The translations under genes and the position numbers were made by a program. Of a stretch of DNA of 26,653 nucleotides, positions 1-7,881 are shown piece by piece. The notes beneath the pieces were generated by a model. The model was not told where the DNA came from. It saw only the letters and a list, made by a program, of their open reading frames with translations, and did no database searches. Every line of letters starts with the position of its first letter. Within the stretch, counting starts at the first letter, position 1. Source of the stretch: Archaeoglobaceae archaeon. Its GTDB lineage: Archaea; Halobacteriota; Archaeoglobi; Archaeoglobales; Archaeoglobaceae. The stretch is from assembly GCA_038893835.1 (NCBI GenBank), contig JAWAQR010000019.1, positions 1-26,653 on the forward strand, in the 5' to 3' direction.

Positions 1-1
1 T

Positions 2-673
2 GCTTTGACGAACAAGCAGCTCAGATCTCTTGCGGATTTGGAGTTCAGACATTACATTTTATTCATTTTCCTATCCACTCTTGCTCTCTCAATAATAAAC
101 CTGAAAAGCTATGATTTTGGCAATTCTATACGCTTCTCAGCTTTTCAAGTTGTATCAATAATGACAACAACGGGCTTTACAACTGCTGATTTCAGCAGAT
201 GGGAAAGTTCTGCAAAAATGATCCTTTTAATTTTAATGCTGATCGGTGGCTGTAGCGGTTCTACAGCTGGAGGATTGAAAGTTATAAGAATCGTGATCTT
301 GATGAAATACATTGTTTATCAGATGTATAAATTCATCGAGCCTAGGACTATTAGGACGATAAAATATGGCAATTTTGTGCTAGAAAGGGATATGGTGGAA
401 GGAATTCTTGTCATATTTATTCTTTACATATTCCTTTTCTTCACCTCTTCCCTGATACTTTCCTTACTTGGATACGATCTGGAAAGTTCTTTCTCCCTCT
501 CAGCCTCAAGCCTTGGAAACGTAGGACCAGCTTTCGGAATTGCTGCAAGAAGCATCGCTGAATTAAGTGAAATTGCAAAAATTGTTTTGATAATAAACAT
601 GTGGACTGGAAGGCTAGAAATAGTCCCTGTTCTTATGCTCTTTCTTTCACTAACTCAGAGAGAAAAGTGGTAA
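2..673 (+). CDS. trkH: Trk-type potassium uptake membrane protein, C-terminal part (5'-truncated by the window)
   Basis: Pore and selectivity motifs FQVVSIMTTTGF, GGCSGSTAGGLKVIR, SLGNVGPAFG and MWTGRLEI. The frame is open back to the window edge. Confidence 0.93.
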   Translation, partial: ALTNKQLRSLADLEFRHYILFIFLSTLALSIINLKSYDFGNSIRFSAFQVVSIMTTTGFTTADFSRWESSAKMILLILMLIGGCSGSTAGGLKVIRIVILMKYIVYQMYKFIEPRTIRTIKYGNFVLERDMVEGILVIFILYIFLFFTSSLILSLLGYDLESSFSLSASSLGNVGPAFGIAARSIAELSEIAKIVLIINMWTGRLEIVPVLMLFLSLTQREKW

Positions 674-1880
674 TTTCTTCTGCCTTGACATCTAGTTGTT
701 CTCCAGTTTTCAAGTTTTTAACTCTAAAAACTCCTTTCTTTACTTCCTCTTCCCCAATTATAATAGCATAATTTGCTCCAACGTCATTTGCATAACTCAG
801 CTGCTTTTTCAGATTCCTTTCCATAACATCTACGAGCACTTTTAGTCCGTTTTTCCTCAGCTTCAAAGCCAGCTCGAAAGCTAACTTCTCAAAACCGGGA
901 AAGTTTGCAATGACGATCACAGGATCTTTTTTAACATCTCCTTTGAAAAGTTCGCAGACTCTATCAAAACCTATGGCAAATCCAGTTGCTGGAGTCTTTT
1001 CCCCTCCAAAGAGATGGGCAAGCTCATAGCTACCCCCTCCGCATATCTGCTTCTGTGCTCCCAAGTCCTTAGCGTAGCATTCAAAAACTATTCCGGTATA
1101 GTAATCAAGCCCTCTAGCAATTCCAAGATTGAGCTTGTAATCGATACCTAGATTCTCTATTAAATTCAGGAGCTTTTCAATTTTTTCAAAATCGAAGTCG
1201 ATCAAATTCTTTGCCTCCTCAACAACTTCTCTCCCACCAACCAGATCCATGAATCTGAAAACCTTTTCTTCAAGCTCTCGATTTATTCCGCGTTCTCTGA
1301 AAAATTTTGCCAATCCTTCCTCATCCCTTTTATCTATTAGTCTCATGGCTTTTGAAGAATCATCTCCTAAGGGCTTGAGAATAGTTCTAAGAATACCAAC
1401 GTGGCCTATGTGCAGTTCAAAGTCTATGTTGAGACTTTCAAGCATTTTGTATGCGAGCAGAATTACCTCAGCATCGGCGAGATAGGAATCAGAACCTATT
1501 AATTCAACTCCAAACTGCCAGAACTCTCTATACCTTGCTTTTTGTGGTCTTTCATAGCGGAAACAGTTGGCAAAGTAGTAAAACCTTATAGGCTTTGGAA
1601 GTCTGCTACACTCGTTTACAAACATTCTGATAACAGGTGCAGTTAATTCTGGACGAAGGGCTAGTTCTCTTTTGGATTTATCTTCAAAAACGTACATCTC
1701 TTCTACAATACCTTCCCCAGATTTTCTTTTAAAAAGCTCTGAATGTTCAAAGGTTGGAGTTGCAACTTCTCTATATCCAAAGCTCTCTGCAATCATTCTA
1801 AGCCTTCTCTCCACTTCCCTTCTTTTTTCCATTTCCTCCGGTAAAAAGTCCCTAGTTCCTCTGGGTCTTTCAATCTTCAC
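633..1880 (-). CDS. hisS: Histidine--tRNA ligase
   Basis: N-terminal RPRGTRDFLP, LRPELTAPV, motif 2 FRYERPQKARYREFWQFGVE, RGLDYYTG, GGGSY and GFAIGFDR, plus a C-terminal anticodon-binding domain. GTG start. Confidence 0.97.
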   Translation of the reverse strand: MKIERPRGTRDFLPEEMEKRREVERRLRMIAESFGYREVATPTFEHSELFKRKSGEGIVEEMYVFEDKSKRELALRPELTAPVIRMFVNECSRLPKPIRFYYFANCFRYERPQKARYREFWQFGVELIGSDSYLADAEVILLAYKMLESLNIDFELHIGHVGILRTILKPLGDDSSKAMRLIDKRDEEGLAKFFRERGINRELEEKVFRFMDLVGGREVVEEAKNLIDFDFEKIEKLLNLIENLGIDYKLNLGIARGLDYYTGIVFECYAKDLGAQKQICGGGSYELAHLFGGEKTPATGFAIGFDRVCELFKGDVKKDPVIVIANFPGFEKLAFELALKLRKNGLKVLVDVMERNLKKQLSYANDVGANYAIIIGEEEVKKGVFRVKNLKTGEQLDVKAEEITTFLSELVKERA

Positions 1881-1921
1881 GGCAAAAGTATGTGAAAGGA
1901 TAAAAAGTTTTTACTAAAAAT

Positions 1922-2878
1922 TTAGGAAAAAGCCTTTTCAAGCGGTGGAACGACCTGTTTCTTTCTACTCATAACTTTGTCTAACCAGATGCTTCTGCCC
2001 TCCAATTTCTTTCCAAAGGCTTTTTCAACGATCTTCGGATCATCTGTCACAACTAAAAGCTCTGTCCCCTCTTTCATTATGTCTGTGAGCATCAGGAAAA
2101 CGCTGTGATACCCTTCAGCCTTCTTCTTCACAAGTTCGTTGTATATTTCATCTTTCCTGTTCTCGATCAAGGATAGATCTAGCAGTTCAATTTGTCCTAT
2201 TCCAACTTTCTTCCCAGCCATGATGAAATCTTTAAAGTCTCTCATCACTATATCTTTAGCGCTCATCCCATGGACTTCAGAGAGCTTTCCTTTTACTTCA
2301 ACTCCGAATTTTACCAAATCGGTGATCTCCGCTATTTTTGCCAGCTCTTCAGCAACTTTTTTATCAAGCTCCGTAGTCGTTGCAGACTTGAAAATTACAG
2401 TATCGCTCAATATCGATGCAAGCATTATTCCGGCCAAGTCCTTTGGTATGCTTATGCCAGTTTTGTCGAATAGAATCTTTAAAACAGTTGCGGTCGAGCC
2501 TGCTGGAAGGTTGAGGAAGAGAATTGGATTTGGAGTCGTTATATCTCCGATTTTGTGATGGTCTACGATTGCAACTATTTCAGCTTTATCTATGTTTTCT
2601 AAGCTTTGCGCTTTCTCAGAATGATCTACAAGAGCGATTTTCTTACCAGAAGCATCTGTTAATTTTTGTGGAGGTGCAATTTTGAATTTTTCAAGCACAA
2701 ATTTTGTTTCAGCATTCAATTCACCCTGAACTGCTGGAATCGCTTCGTCCTCTATTTTCATGACTTTACTCATCGCCCCAGTTTCCTTCCATTTATTCCA
2801 AAGGTATGCAAAAGCTATTGCTGAACATACCGTGTCCGTATCGGGATTTTTGTGCCCAACAACATATATCTGTGCCAT
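1922..2878 (-). CDS. ppaC: Manganese-dependent (family II, DHH) inorganic pyrophosphatase
   Basis: GHKNPDTD, LVDH, VDHH, ILSDT and C-terminal SRKKQ. The start is probably the ATG at 2878 (MAQIYVVGH); the ORF track extends it to 2899. Confidence 0.95.
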   Translation of the reverse strand: MAQIYVVGHKNPDTDTVCSAIAFAYLWNKWKETGAMSKVMKIEDEAIPAVQGELNAETKFVLEKFKIAPPQKLTDASGKKIALVDHSEKAQSLENIDKAEIVAIVDHHKIGDITTPNPILFLNLPAGSTATVLKILFDKTGISIPKDLAGIMLASILSDTVIFKSATTTELDKKVAEELAKIAEITDLVKFGVEVKGKLSEVHGMSAKDIVMRDFKDFIMAGKKVGIGQIELLDLSLIENRKDEIYNELVKKKAEGYHSVFLMLTDIMKEGTELLVVTDDPKIVEKAFGKKLEGRSIWLDKVMSRKKQVVPPLEKAFS

Positions 2879-3030
2879 AATACAATTTGGATGAGACATA
2901 GATAATGTTTTCGAAATTTTTTCGGTTCTTTGTTTCTGATTAAAATTGAAGAATTAAATTTAAAAATAACAGCATTTTCGCATGGTTAATAGCTTTTTAC
3001 TAAAATCTTCATTTGATAGCTTTAATAAAA

Positions 3031-3101
3031 AGCCAGGGCCCGGATTCGAACCGGGGTCAGCGGATCTGCAGTCCGCCGCATTGCCCCTCTGCCACCCTGG
3101 C
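3031..3101 (-). tRNA. tRNA-Cys (GCA), intronless, CCA not encoded
   Basis: The reverse complement reads GCCAGGGTGGCAGAGGGGCAATGCGGCGGACTGCAGATCCGCTGACCCCGGTTCGAATCCGGGCCCTGGCT. It has acceptor stem GCCAGGG/CCCTGGC, anticodon arm GCGGA-CT GCA GA-TCCGC, T-arm CCGG-TTCGAAT-CCGG and a U73 discriminator. A short T-tract follows. Confidence 0.97.
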
Positions 3102-3122
3102 TATAAGATGTTAGTAGTAAAA

Positions 3123-3138
3123 ATTTAAAAAACTTTTG
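3123..3138 (-). promoter_or_regulatory. Probable BRE/TATA promoter of tRNA-Cys
   Basis: The minus strand reads CAAAAGTTTTTTAAAT about 20-35 nt upstream of the mature tRNA 5' end. Confidence 0.5.
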
Positions 3139-3189
3139 GTTTAGCTTGTGAGTGGAAAAGAATATTTAATTCCACGCTAAATATGAGCG

Positions 3190-3768
3190 ATGTTTAAATG
3201 CCACGTCTATGATTGGAAAGATATCGAGAGTCTATGTAGGAAGTTAGCAAGAAAGATAAAGTCTAGCGGTTTTAGAGTTGATGCAATCGTTGCCATTGCA
3301 AGAGGCGGTTGGGTTCCAGCGAGAATTCTTGCAGATTTTCTGGATGTAAAAGAACTCTACAGCATAAAAACGGAGCATTGGGGAATTGTTGCAACTATAA
3401 CTGGAAAAGCGACAATAACCCAGCCTTTGACAGTAAATCTCGAAGGGAAAAATGTTCTTATAGTTGACGACGTTGCGGATACGGGAGAGACGATGAAGAT
3501 AGTAAAGGAACACATAATTTCTTTAAAGGCGAAAGAAGTTAAGACTGCTGTTATTGATTACAAGAAAACTTCAGCTTTTGTTCCGGATTACTTCGCCGCG
3601 GAAATGGAAAGCTGGAAATGGATCGTTTATCCCTGGAGTATAAGGGAAGATATAAAAGGGTTGATTGCTAAAAAGGGGGCTAGAAATTTGGAGGAGGCTG
3701 TAATGGCTTTGAAGGAGTTTGGAGTTGAAATTGAAAATGATCTCCTCAGAGAAATTATCGAAGAGTGA
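3190..3768 (+). CDS. Type I phosphoribosyltransferase, probable purine (hypoxanthine/xanthine/guanine) salvage PRT
   Basis: AIARGGWVPA and PRPP-binding VLIVDDVADTGET, with C-terminal WIVYPW. It overlaps the adenine deaminase gene. Confidence 0.88.
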   Translation: MFKCHVYDWKDIESLCRKLARKIKSSGFRVDAIVAIARGGWVPARILADFLDVKELYSIKTEHWGIVATITGKATITQPLTVNLEGKNVLIVDDVADTGETMKIVKEHIISLKAKEVKTAVIDYKKTSAFVPDYFAAEMESWKWIVYPWSIREDIKGLIAKKGARNLEEAVMALKEFGVEIENDLLREIIEE

Positions 3769-5407
3769 TTTGAAGAGATTAATATTAGTTGCAGGAGGAA
3801 AAGAAAGAGCAGATTTGGTGATAAAGGGAGCGCAGGTTGTCAACGTGCTAACTGAGGAAATATATACTGCAGACATAGCAATTTGTGGAGATAGAATCGC
3901 AGGAATTGGGAAATACAGTGGTTTGAAGGAGATAGATGCAAGAAATCTTTACGCAGTTCCTGGTTTAATAGATGCACATACGCATGTTGAAATGAGCATG
4001 CTAACCTTGTCCGAATTTTCAAGAATCGTGGTGCCCAGGGGGAACACTTGCATCATAGCCGATCCACATGAAATTGCCAATGTTCTTGGTAAAAAGGGAA
4101 TTCTTTACATTTTGGAAGAGGCAAAAATTGCTCCTATAAGATTTTATTGCCTAATCCCATCCTGTGTCCCATCTTCCCCATTTGAAACAACTGGTGCAGA
4201 AATAGGTTTGGAAGACATAGAGGACCTCATGAAAATGGATGGAGTAATCGGTTTGGCTGAATTTATGAACTATCCAGCAGTGATAAACGCTGAGGATTTG
4301 GCTCTTGAAAAGATTTTAAGAGCTAAGCTAGTCGATGGGCATTGTCCAAAGGTTACGGGTAAGGATTTAAATGCCTACGTTGCAGCAGGCATTTCTTCGG
4401 ATCACGAGAGCACTGAAATAAATGAAGCTGAGGAAAAGCTGAGATTGGGTATGAGGATAATGATTAGAGAAGGCTCAGCTGGAAGAAATTTAAGAAACTT
4501 GAAGAAAATTGCAGGAAAAAAATACACGATGCTGGTTACAGATGGTGATAGAAGTGTGAAGGATTTAATTCGCGAAGGCTATTTGGATAGTGTTTTAAGA
4601 AAAGCAATTGCGGAGGGAATTGATGAAATTAAGGCTCTGCAGATGGTCACAATAAATCCGGCAGAGTATTTTAGAATTAATGCAGGACTACTCGCTCCAG
4701 GTAGATTTGCTGATTTGGTCTTGGTTAGAGATTTGAGGAGTTTTGATGTTAAAAAAGTTTTTGTTGGTGGAAAAGAGCCTGAATTTAAGTTTTATCACTA
4801 TCCCAACGATGCCAAAAGTACGGTTAATGCTAAGATTTTAAAAGAGGAGGATCTGTACATCGAAAAGGGTAGAGCTAGGATTATAGAGATATTCGATGGC
4901 GAAATCGTTACTGGCGAAACAATTGAATTCGTGGAAGGAATCGATGTTAAAAGGGACATATTGAAAGCTGTGGTTGTGGAAAGACATCGTAAAACTGGAA
5001 GATTTGGAAAGGCATACGTTAGAGGGTTTGGATTGAAAAAAGGAGCAATTGCGCAAACAATAGCACATGATGCGCACAACATCGTTGCAATTGGAACAAG
5101 TGATGAGGGAATTTGTAGGGCTGTAAACAGATTGATCGAAATAGGTGGAGGAATAGTTGTTTACGATGGAGAATTTTTTGAATTACCTTTAAGAATTGCT
5201 GGATTGATGAGCGATGAAAGTGCTGAAGAAGTTGCTGAGAAGCTGGAAATAATAGAGGAGAAATTGAAAGAGCTTGGATGTAAGTTGAAATCACCCATAA
5301 TTACTCTGTCCTTTATAGCGCTACCAGTGATTCCAAAGTTGAAGCTTACAGATCTTGGATTGATCGACGTCGAAAGGTTTTCAGTTGTGGAACCTGTTTT
5401 GGTTTGA
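3737..5407 (+). CDS. ade: Adenine deaminase
   Basis: PGLIDAHTH, ADPHEIANVLG, PSCVP, LAEFMNYP, DGH, SDHE, IREGS and AHDAHNI. The ATG at 3737 is preferred over the TTG at 3719. Confidence 0.93.
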   Translation: MISSEKLSKSDLKRLILVAGGKERADLVIKGAQVVNVLTEEIYTADIAICGDRIAGIGKYSGLKEIDARNLYAVPGLIDAHTHVEMSMLTLSEFSRIVVPRGNTCIIADPHEIANVLGKKGILYILEEAKIAPIRFYCLIPSCVPSSPFETTGAEIGLEDIEDLMKMDGVIGLAEFMNYPAVINAEDLALEKILRAKLVDGHCPKVTGKDLNAYVAAGISSDHESTEINEAEEKLRLGMRIMIREGSAGRNLRNLKKIAGKKYTMLVTDGDRSVKDLIREGYLDSVLRKAIAEGIDEIKALQMVTINPAEYFRINAGLLAPGRFADLVLVRDLRSFDVKKVFVGGKEPEFKFYHYPNDAKSTVNAKILKEEDLYIEKGRARIIEIFDGEIVTGETIEFVEGIDVKRDILKAVVVERHRKTGRFGKAYVRGFGLKKGAIAQTIAHDAHNIVAIGTSDEGICRAVNRLIEIGGGIVVYDGEFFELPLRIAGLMSDESAEEVAEKLEIIEEKLKELGCKLKSPIITLSFIALPVIPKLKLTDLGLIDVERFSVVEPVLV

Positions 5408-5455
5408 GTTTGATTTAACGAAAAAACTTATTACCACTACTCTCAAATTTTCTCA

Positions 5456-6418
5456 ATGATCGAAGAAGAAATACTAGATATACTTGCTGAATTTGGTCCA
5501 TTGAGCTCTCAGGAGATTGAAAAAGAGCTCCAAAGTCGAGGTTTTAACATAACATCAAGAACTGTTAGATATCATTTGAGAAAACTCGAAAAAAAAGGTT
5601 TTGTAGCCAAGGGGAATTATGGAAAGACTCAGATAACTGTTGAGGGTATAGAATTTCTTAGAGGATCCAAAGCTTCTGAAAGACTTGGAGAGTTCAGTGA
5701 AAGAATTGAAATAAATGTTTATACGTGTGATTTTGATGTTTACAAAATGAGGGGAAAGGTTCCGACGAATTTGGCGATTATAGGTAAGGAGGATTTCGAA
5801 ACCTGTCATCGTGTTTTGGCTGAAATGGAGGAATTTCCATTCATCATTCATCGGGGTGTTTTCTTCGCAGACGAGGGTGAGGATTTGAATGACAGAGAAG
5901 TGCCGAAAGGTCATTTCGCTTTAGCAACAATTTCAAATACTATATACGATGTTTTGCTTAGATCTAAAGGTGTGAACACCCATCCAGAATTTGCAGCACT
6001 AATTGGTGTTGAAAAAATGACTCCAAATAGAATTCTTGAACTCATAAGTTACTCCGGAACAACTATGAGCCCCGGATGGCTTTTATTACGTTCTGGATTA
6101 ACTTCCATAAACTCTGTTTTAAAGACTGGAAATGGGGTGATAATATCGGCTGTTAGAAGTTTTAGCAGATATGCAATCGACATAGTGCTCCGCACAATCG
6201 AGATTGCAAACTCCAAGGGTTTTAGAGGTGTACTTGCAATTCTTCATCCATCCGACAAACGCTTTAGCCTTCCAGTTGGCAGAAGGGCGAGATTGATAGT
6301 CAGCGCCGGATTGAACCATTTGGCTCCCCTGCATGAGATGGGGATAAAGATGGATATAAAGGTCAATGAGATATTTGTTGAATTCTCCAAGTTCAAACCA
6401 GTTAGCAACATAAAATAA
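5456..6418 (+). CDS. NrpR-family transcriptional regulator (N-terminal winged HTH plus a single NrpR/DUF128 regulatory domain)
   Basis: wHTH segment LSSQEIEKEL..RGFNITSRTVRYHLRKLEKKGF. NRD-like segments FDVYKMRGKVPTN, ATISNTIYDVLL, ELISYSGTTMSP and AGLNHLAPLHEMGI. Confidence 0.8.
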   Translation: MIEEEILDILAEFGPLSSQEIEKELQSRGFNITSRTVRYHLRKLEKKGFVAKGNYGKTQITVEGIEFLRGSKASERLGEFSERIEINVYTCDFDVYKMRGKVPTNLAIIGKEDFETCHRVLAEMEEFPFIIHRGVFFADEGEDLNDREVPKGHFALATISNTIYDVLLRSKGVNTHPEFAALIGVEKMTPNRILELISYSGTTMSPGWLLLRSGLTSINSVLKTGNGVIISAVRSFSRYAIDIVLRTIEIANSKGFRGVLAILHPSDKRFSLPVGRRARLIVSAGLNHLAPLHEMGIKMDIKVNEIFVEFSKFKPVSNIK

Positions 6419-6427
6419 TTATCTTAA

Positions 6428-6457
6428 TTGGCAAAACACTTCCAAAAAATTTAAATA
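6428..6457 (+). promoter_or_regulatory. Imperfect palindrome (candidate operator) abutting the BRE/TATA promoter of the TAXI-TRAP operon
   Basis: TTGGCA-AAACAC-TTCCAA (6428-6445), then AAAA and TATA box TTTAAATA (6450-6457). The ATG at 6478 fits a leaderless transcript. Confidence 0.6.
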
Positions 6458-6477
6458 TCACAAAAACAATAAGAATT

Positions 6478-7506
6478 ATGGTGAGGAAAAAAGTGCTCAT
6501 ATTATTGACGCTGCTAGCAATTGTAGCCCTTTCAGCGTGCCAGCAACCAACTCCAACGCCAACTCCAACTCCCACACCAACACCAACTCCGACAAGTCCA
6601 ACCTCCTTAACAATAGCTTCCGGGACTGTTGGTGGAGTTTATATTTACTACTGCTCTGGGCTCGCATCGATTTATTCTAAGTATTTGAACATCTCAGCAA
6701 ATGCTGTGCAGACAAAGGCTAGTGTCGATAATCTACTTTACGTTTACAAATCACCAAAGGACACGATAGGAATTTCACTGATAAAATCCGTTCACGATGC
6801 TTGGCACGGAAATCTGGAGGCATTTGAAAAAAAGCCACAGAATTGGATAAGGGTTCTCTGGGTAACTTATGTAACGCCGATACACATCGTTACGACCTCA
6901 GATAGTGGAATAAAGAGTGTTTACGATCTCAAAGGCAAAAGAGTATCTACTGGAGCACCAGGTAGTGGAACTGAGATTGATGCGCTGGCCATTTTGAAAG
7001 CTGCAGGAATAGATCCGTCGAAAGATTTTTCAGTCTGGCAAAAGCTTGGTGCAAAGGAATCTGCTGACGCTTTGTTAGATGGAAAACTCGACGCTTATTT
7101 CTGGAGTGGAACTATTCCTACAGCTTCAGTTTCCGAGCTTGCAACGAATTTGAAGCAGAGAGGAAAGCAAATATCGTTCATAGCGGTTCCAAATGAAGTT
7201 GTAGAAAAGCTTAACGAACTATATCCGGGGCTTTATGTGGCGGATGTGATGAAGAAGGAGTACTACGGTTCACCAGAAGATGTTCAAACAGTCTCAACGC
7301 TCAACGTGATGTTCTGTCACAAGGATTTGCCTGAAGATTTTGTATACAGACTTGTAAAGACTACTTTTGAGCATCTCGACGAGCTCTATGCAGTGCATCC
7401 GGCTGCCAAACAGACGACTTTGGAAAACGCCATGATGTATAAGGGTGATGTTCCATATCATCCGGGGGCGCTGAAGTACTTTAAAGAGAGGGGAGTGTTG
7501 AAGTGA
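6478..7506 (+). CDS. TAXI-family TRAP transporter solute-binding lipoprotein
   Basis: Signal peptide with lipobox LSAC and a Pro/Thr linker. TAXI motifs TIASGTVGGVY, ASVDNL, DLKGKRVSTGAPGSGTE, DGKLDAYF and VPYHPGALKYFKERG. Confidence 0.92.
   Translation: MVRKKVLILLTLLAIVALSACQQPTPTPTPTPTPTPTPTSPTSLTIASGTVGGVYIYYCSGLASIYSKYLNISANAVQTKASVDNLLYVYKSPKDTIGISLIKSVHDAWHGNLEAFEKKPQNWIRVLWVTYVTPIHIVTTSDSGIKSVYDLKGKRVSTGAPGSGTEIDALAILKAAGIDPSKDFSVWQKLGAKESADALLDGKLDAYFWSGTIPTASVSELATNLKQRGKQISFIAVPNEVVEKLNELYPGLYVADVMKKEYYGSPEDVQTVSTLNVMFCHKDLPEDFVYRLVKTTFEHLDELYAVHPAAKQTTLENAMMYKGDVPYHPGALKYFKERGVLK
6547..6594 (+). repeat. Coding hexamer repeat (CCN-ACN) x8 encoding a (Pro-Thr)8 linker
   Basis: ccaactccaacgccaactccaactcccacaccaacaccaactccgaca directly follows the lipidated Cys-Gln-Gln. 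Confidence 0.9.
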
Positions 7507-7877
7507 ATAAACTAGTTTTCACCCTTATTTTTTTAACCCTTCTACTTTCTGATTTGGAAAGCTCGATCATATGTGTTGAGGGCAAAAGGATCAACTCTCA
7601 GAGTTTCGAGCTGGAATTTAGACACTCTATCCATGGAGGTAAAATTGCCCTATATGCAAGTGTTAGGGATGGAAAAATCCTCATTGAGAAAATGATCAGC
7701 GATGATGAAGCATCGATCTCCTATTACACATCCCAATATTCCCGCGAGGATGGAAAATTCGTGGCAATTCTGAATGAAGAAGTCGGGGAAATGCTGGTAA
7801 ACGAGGGTTGGAAGTTGAAAGCAAAAGGATATGAATTTGAAACGAATAGATTGACGAGAATTTTAGTATGCAGGTGA
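7503..7877 (+). CDS. DUF1850-like small protein associated with TAXI-TRAP systems
   Basis: N-terminal hydrophobic stretch and FELEFRHSIH, resembling the DUF1850 F-x-L-x-(Y/F)-x-H-S motif. It lies between the binding protein and permease genes with a GTGA overlap. Confidence 0.65.
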   Translation: MNKLVFTLIFLTLLLSDLESSIICVEGKRINSQSFELEFRHSIHGGKIALYASVRDGKILIEKMISDDEASISYYTSQYSREDGKFVAILNEEVGEMLVNEGWKLKAKGYEFETNRLTRILVCR

Positions 7878-7881
7878 TTTC

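Noticed and set aside
3000-3030. tRNA 3' end as an integration site of a mobile element
   Set aside because: No integrase and no duplicated tRNA 3' end were seen, and the flanks are housekeeping genes.
6547-6600. Tandem repeat as a CRISPR array or phase-variation tract
   Set aside because: It is a 6-bp in-frame degenerate unit with no spacers, encoding a Pro/Thr linker.
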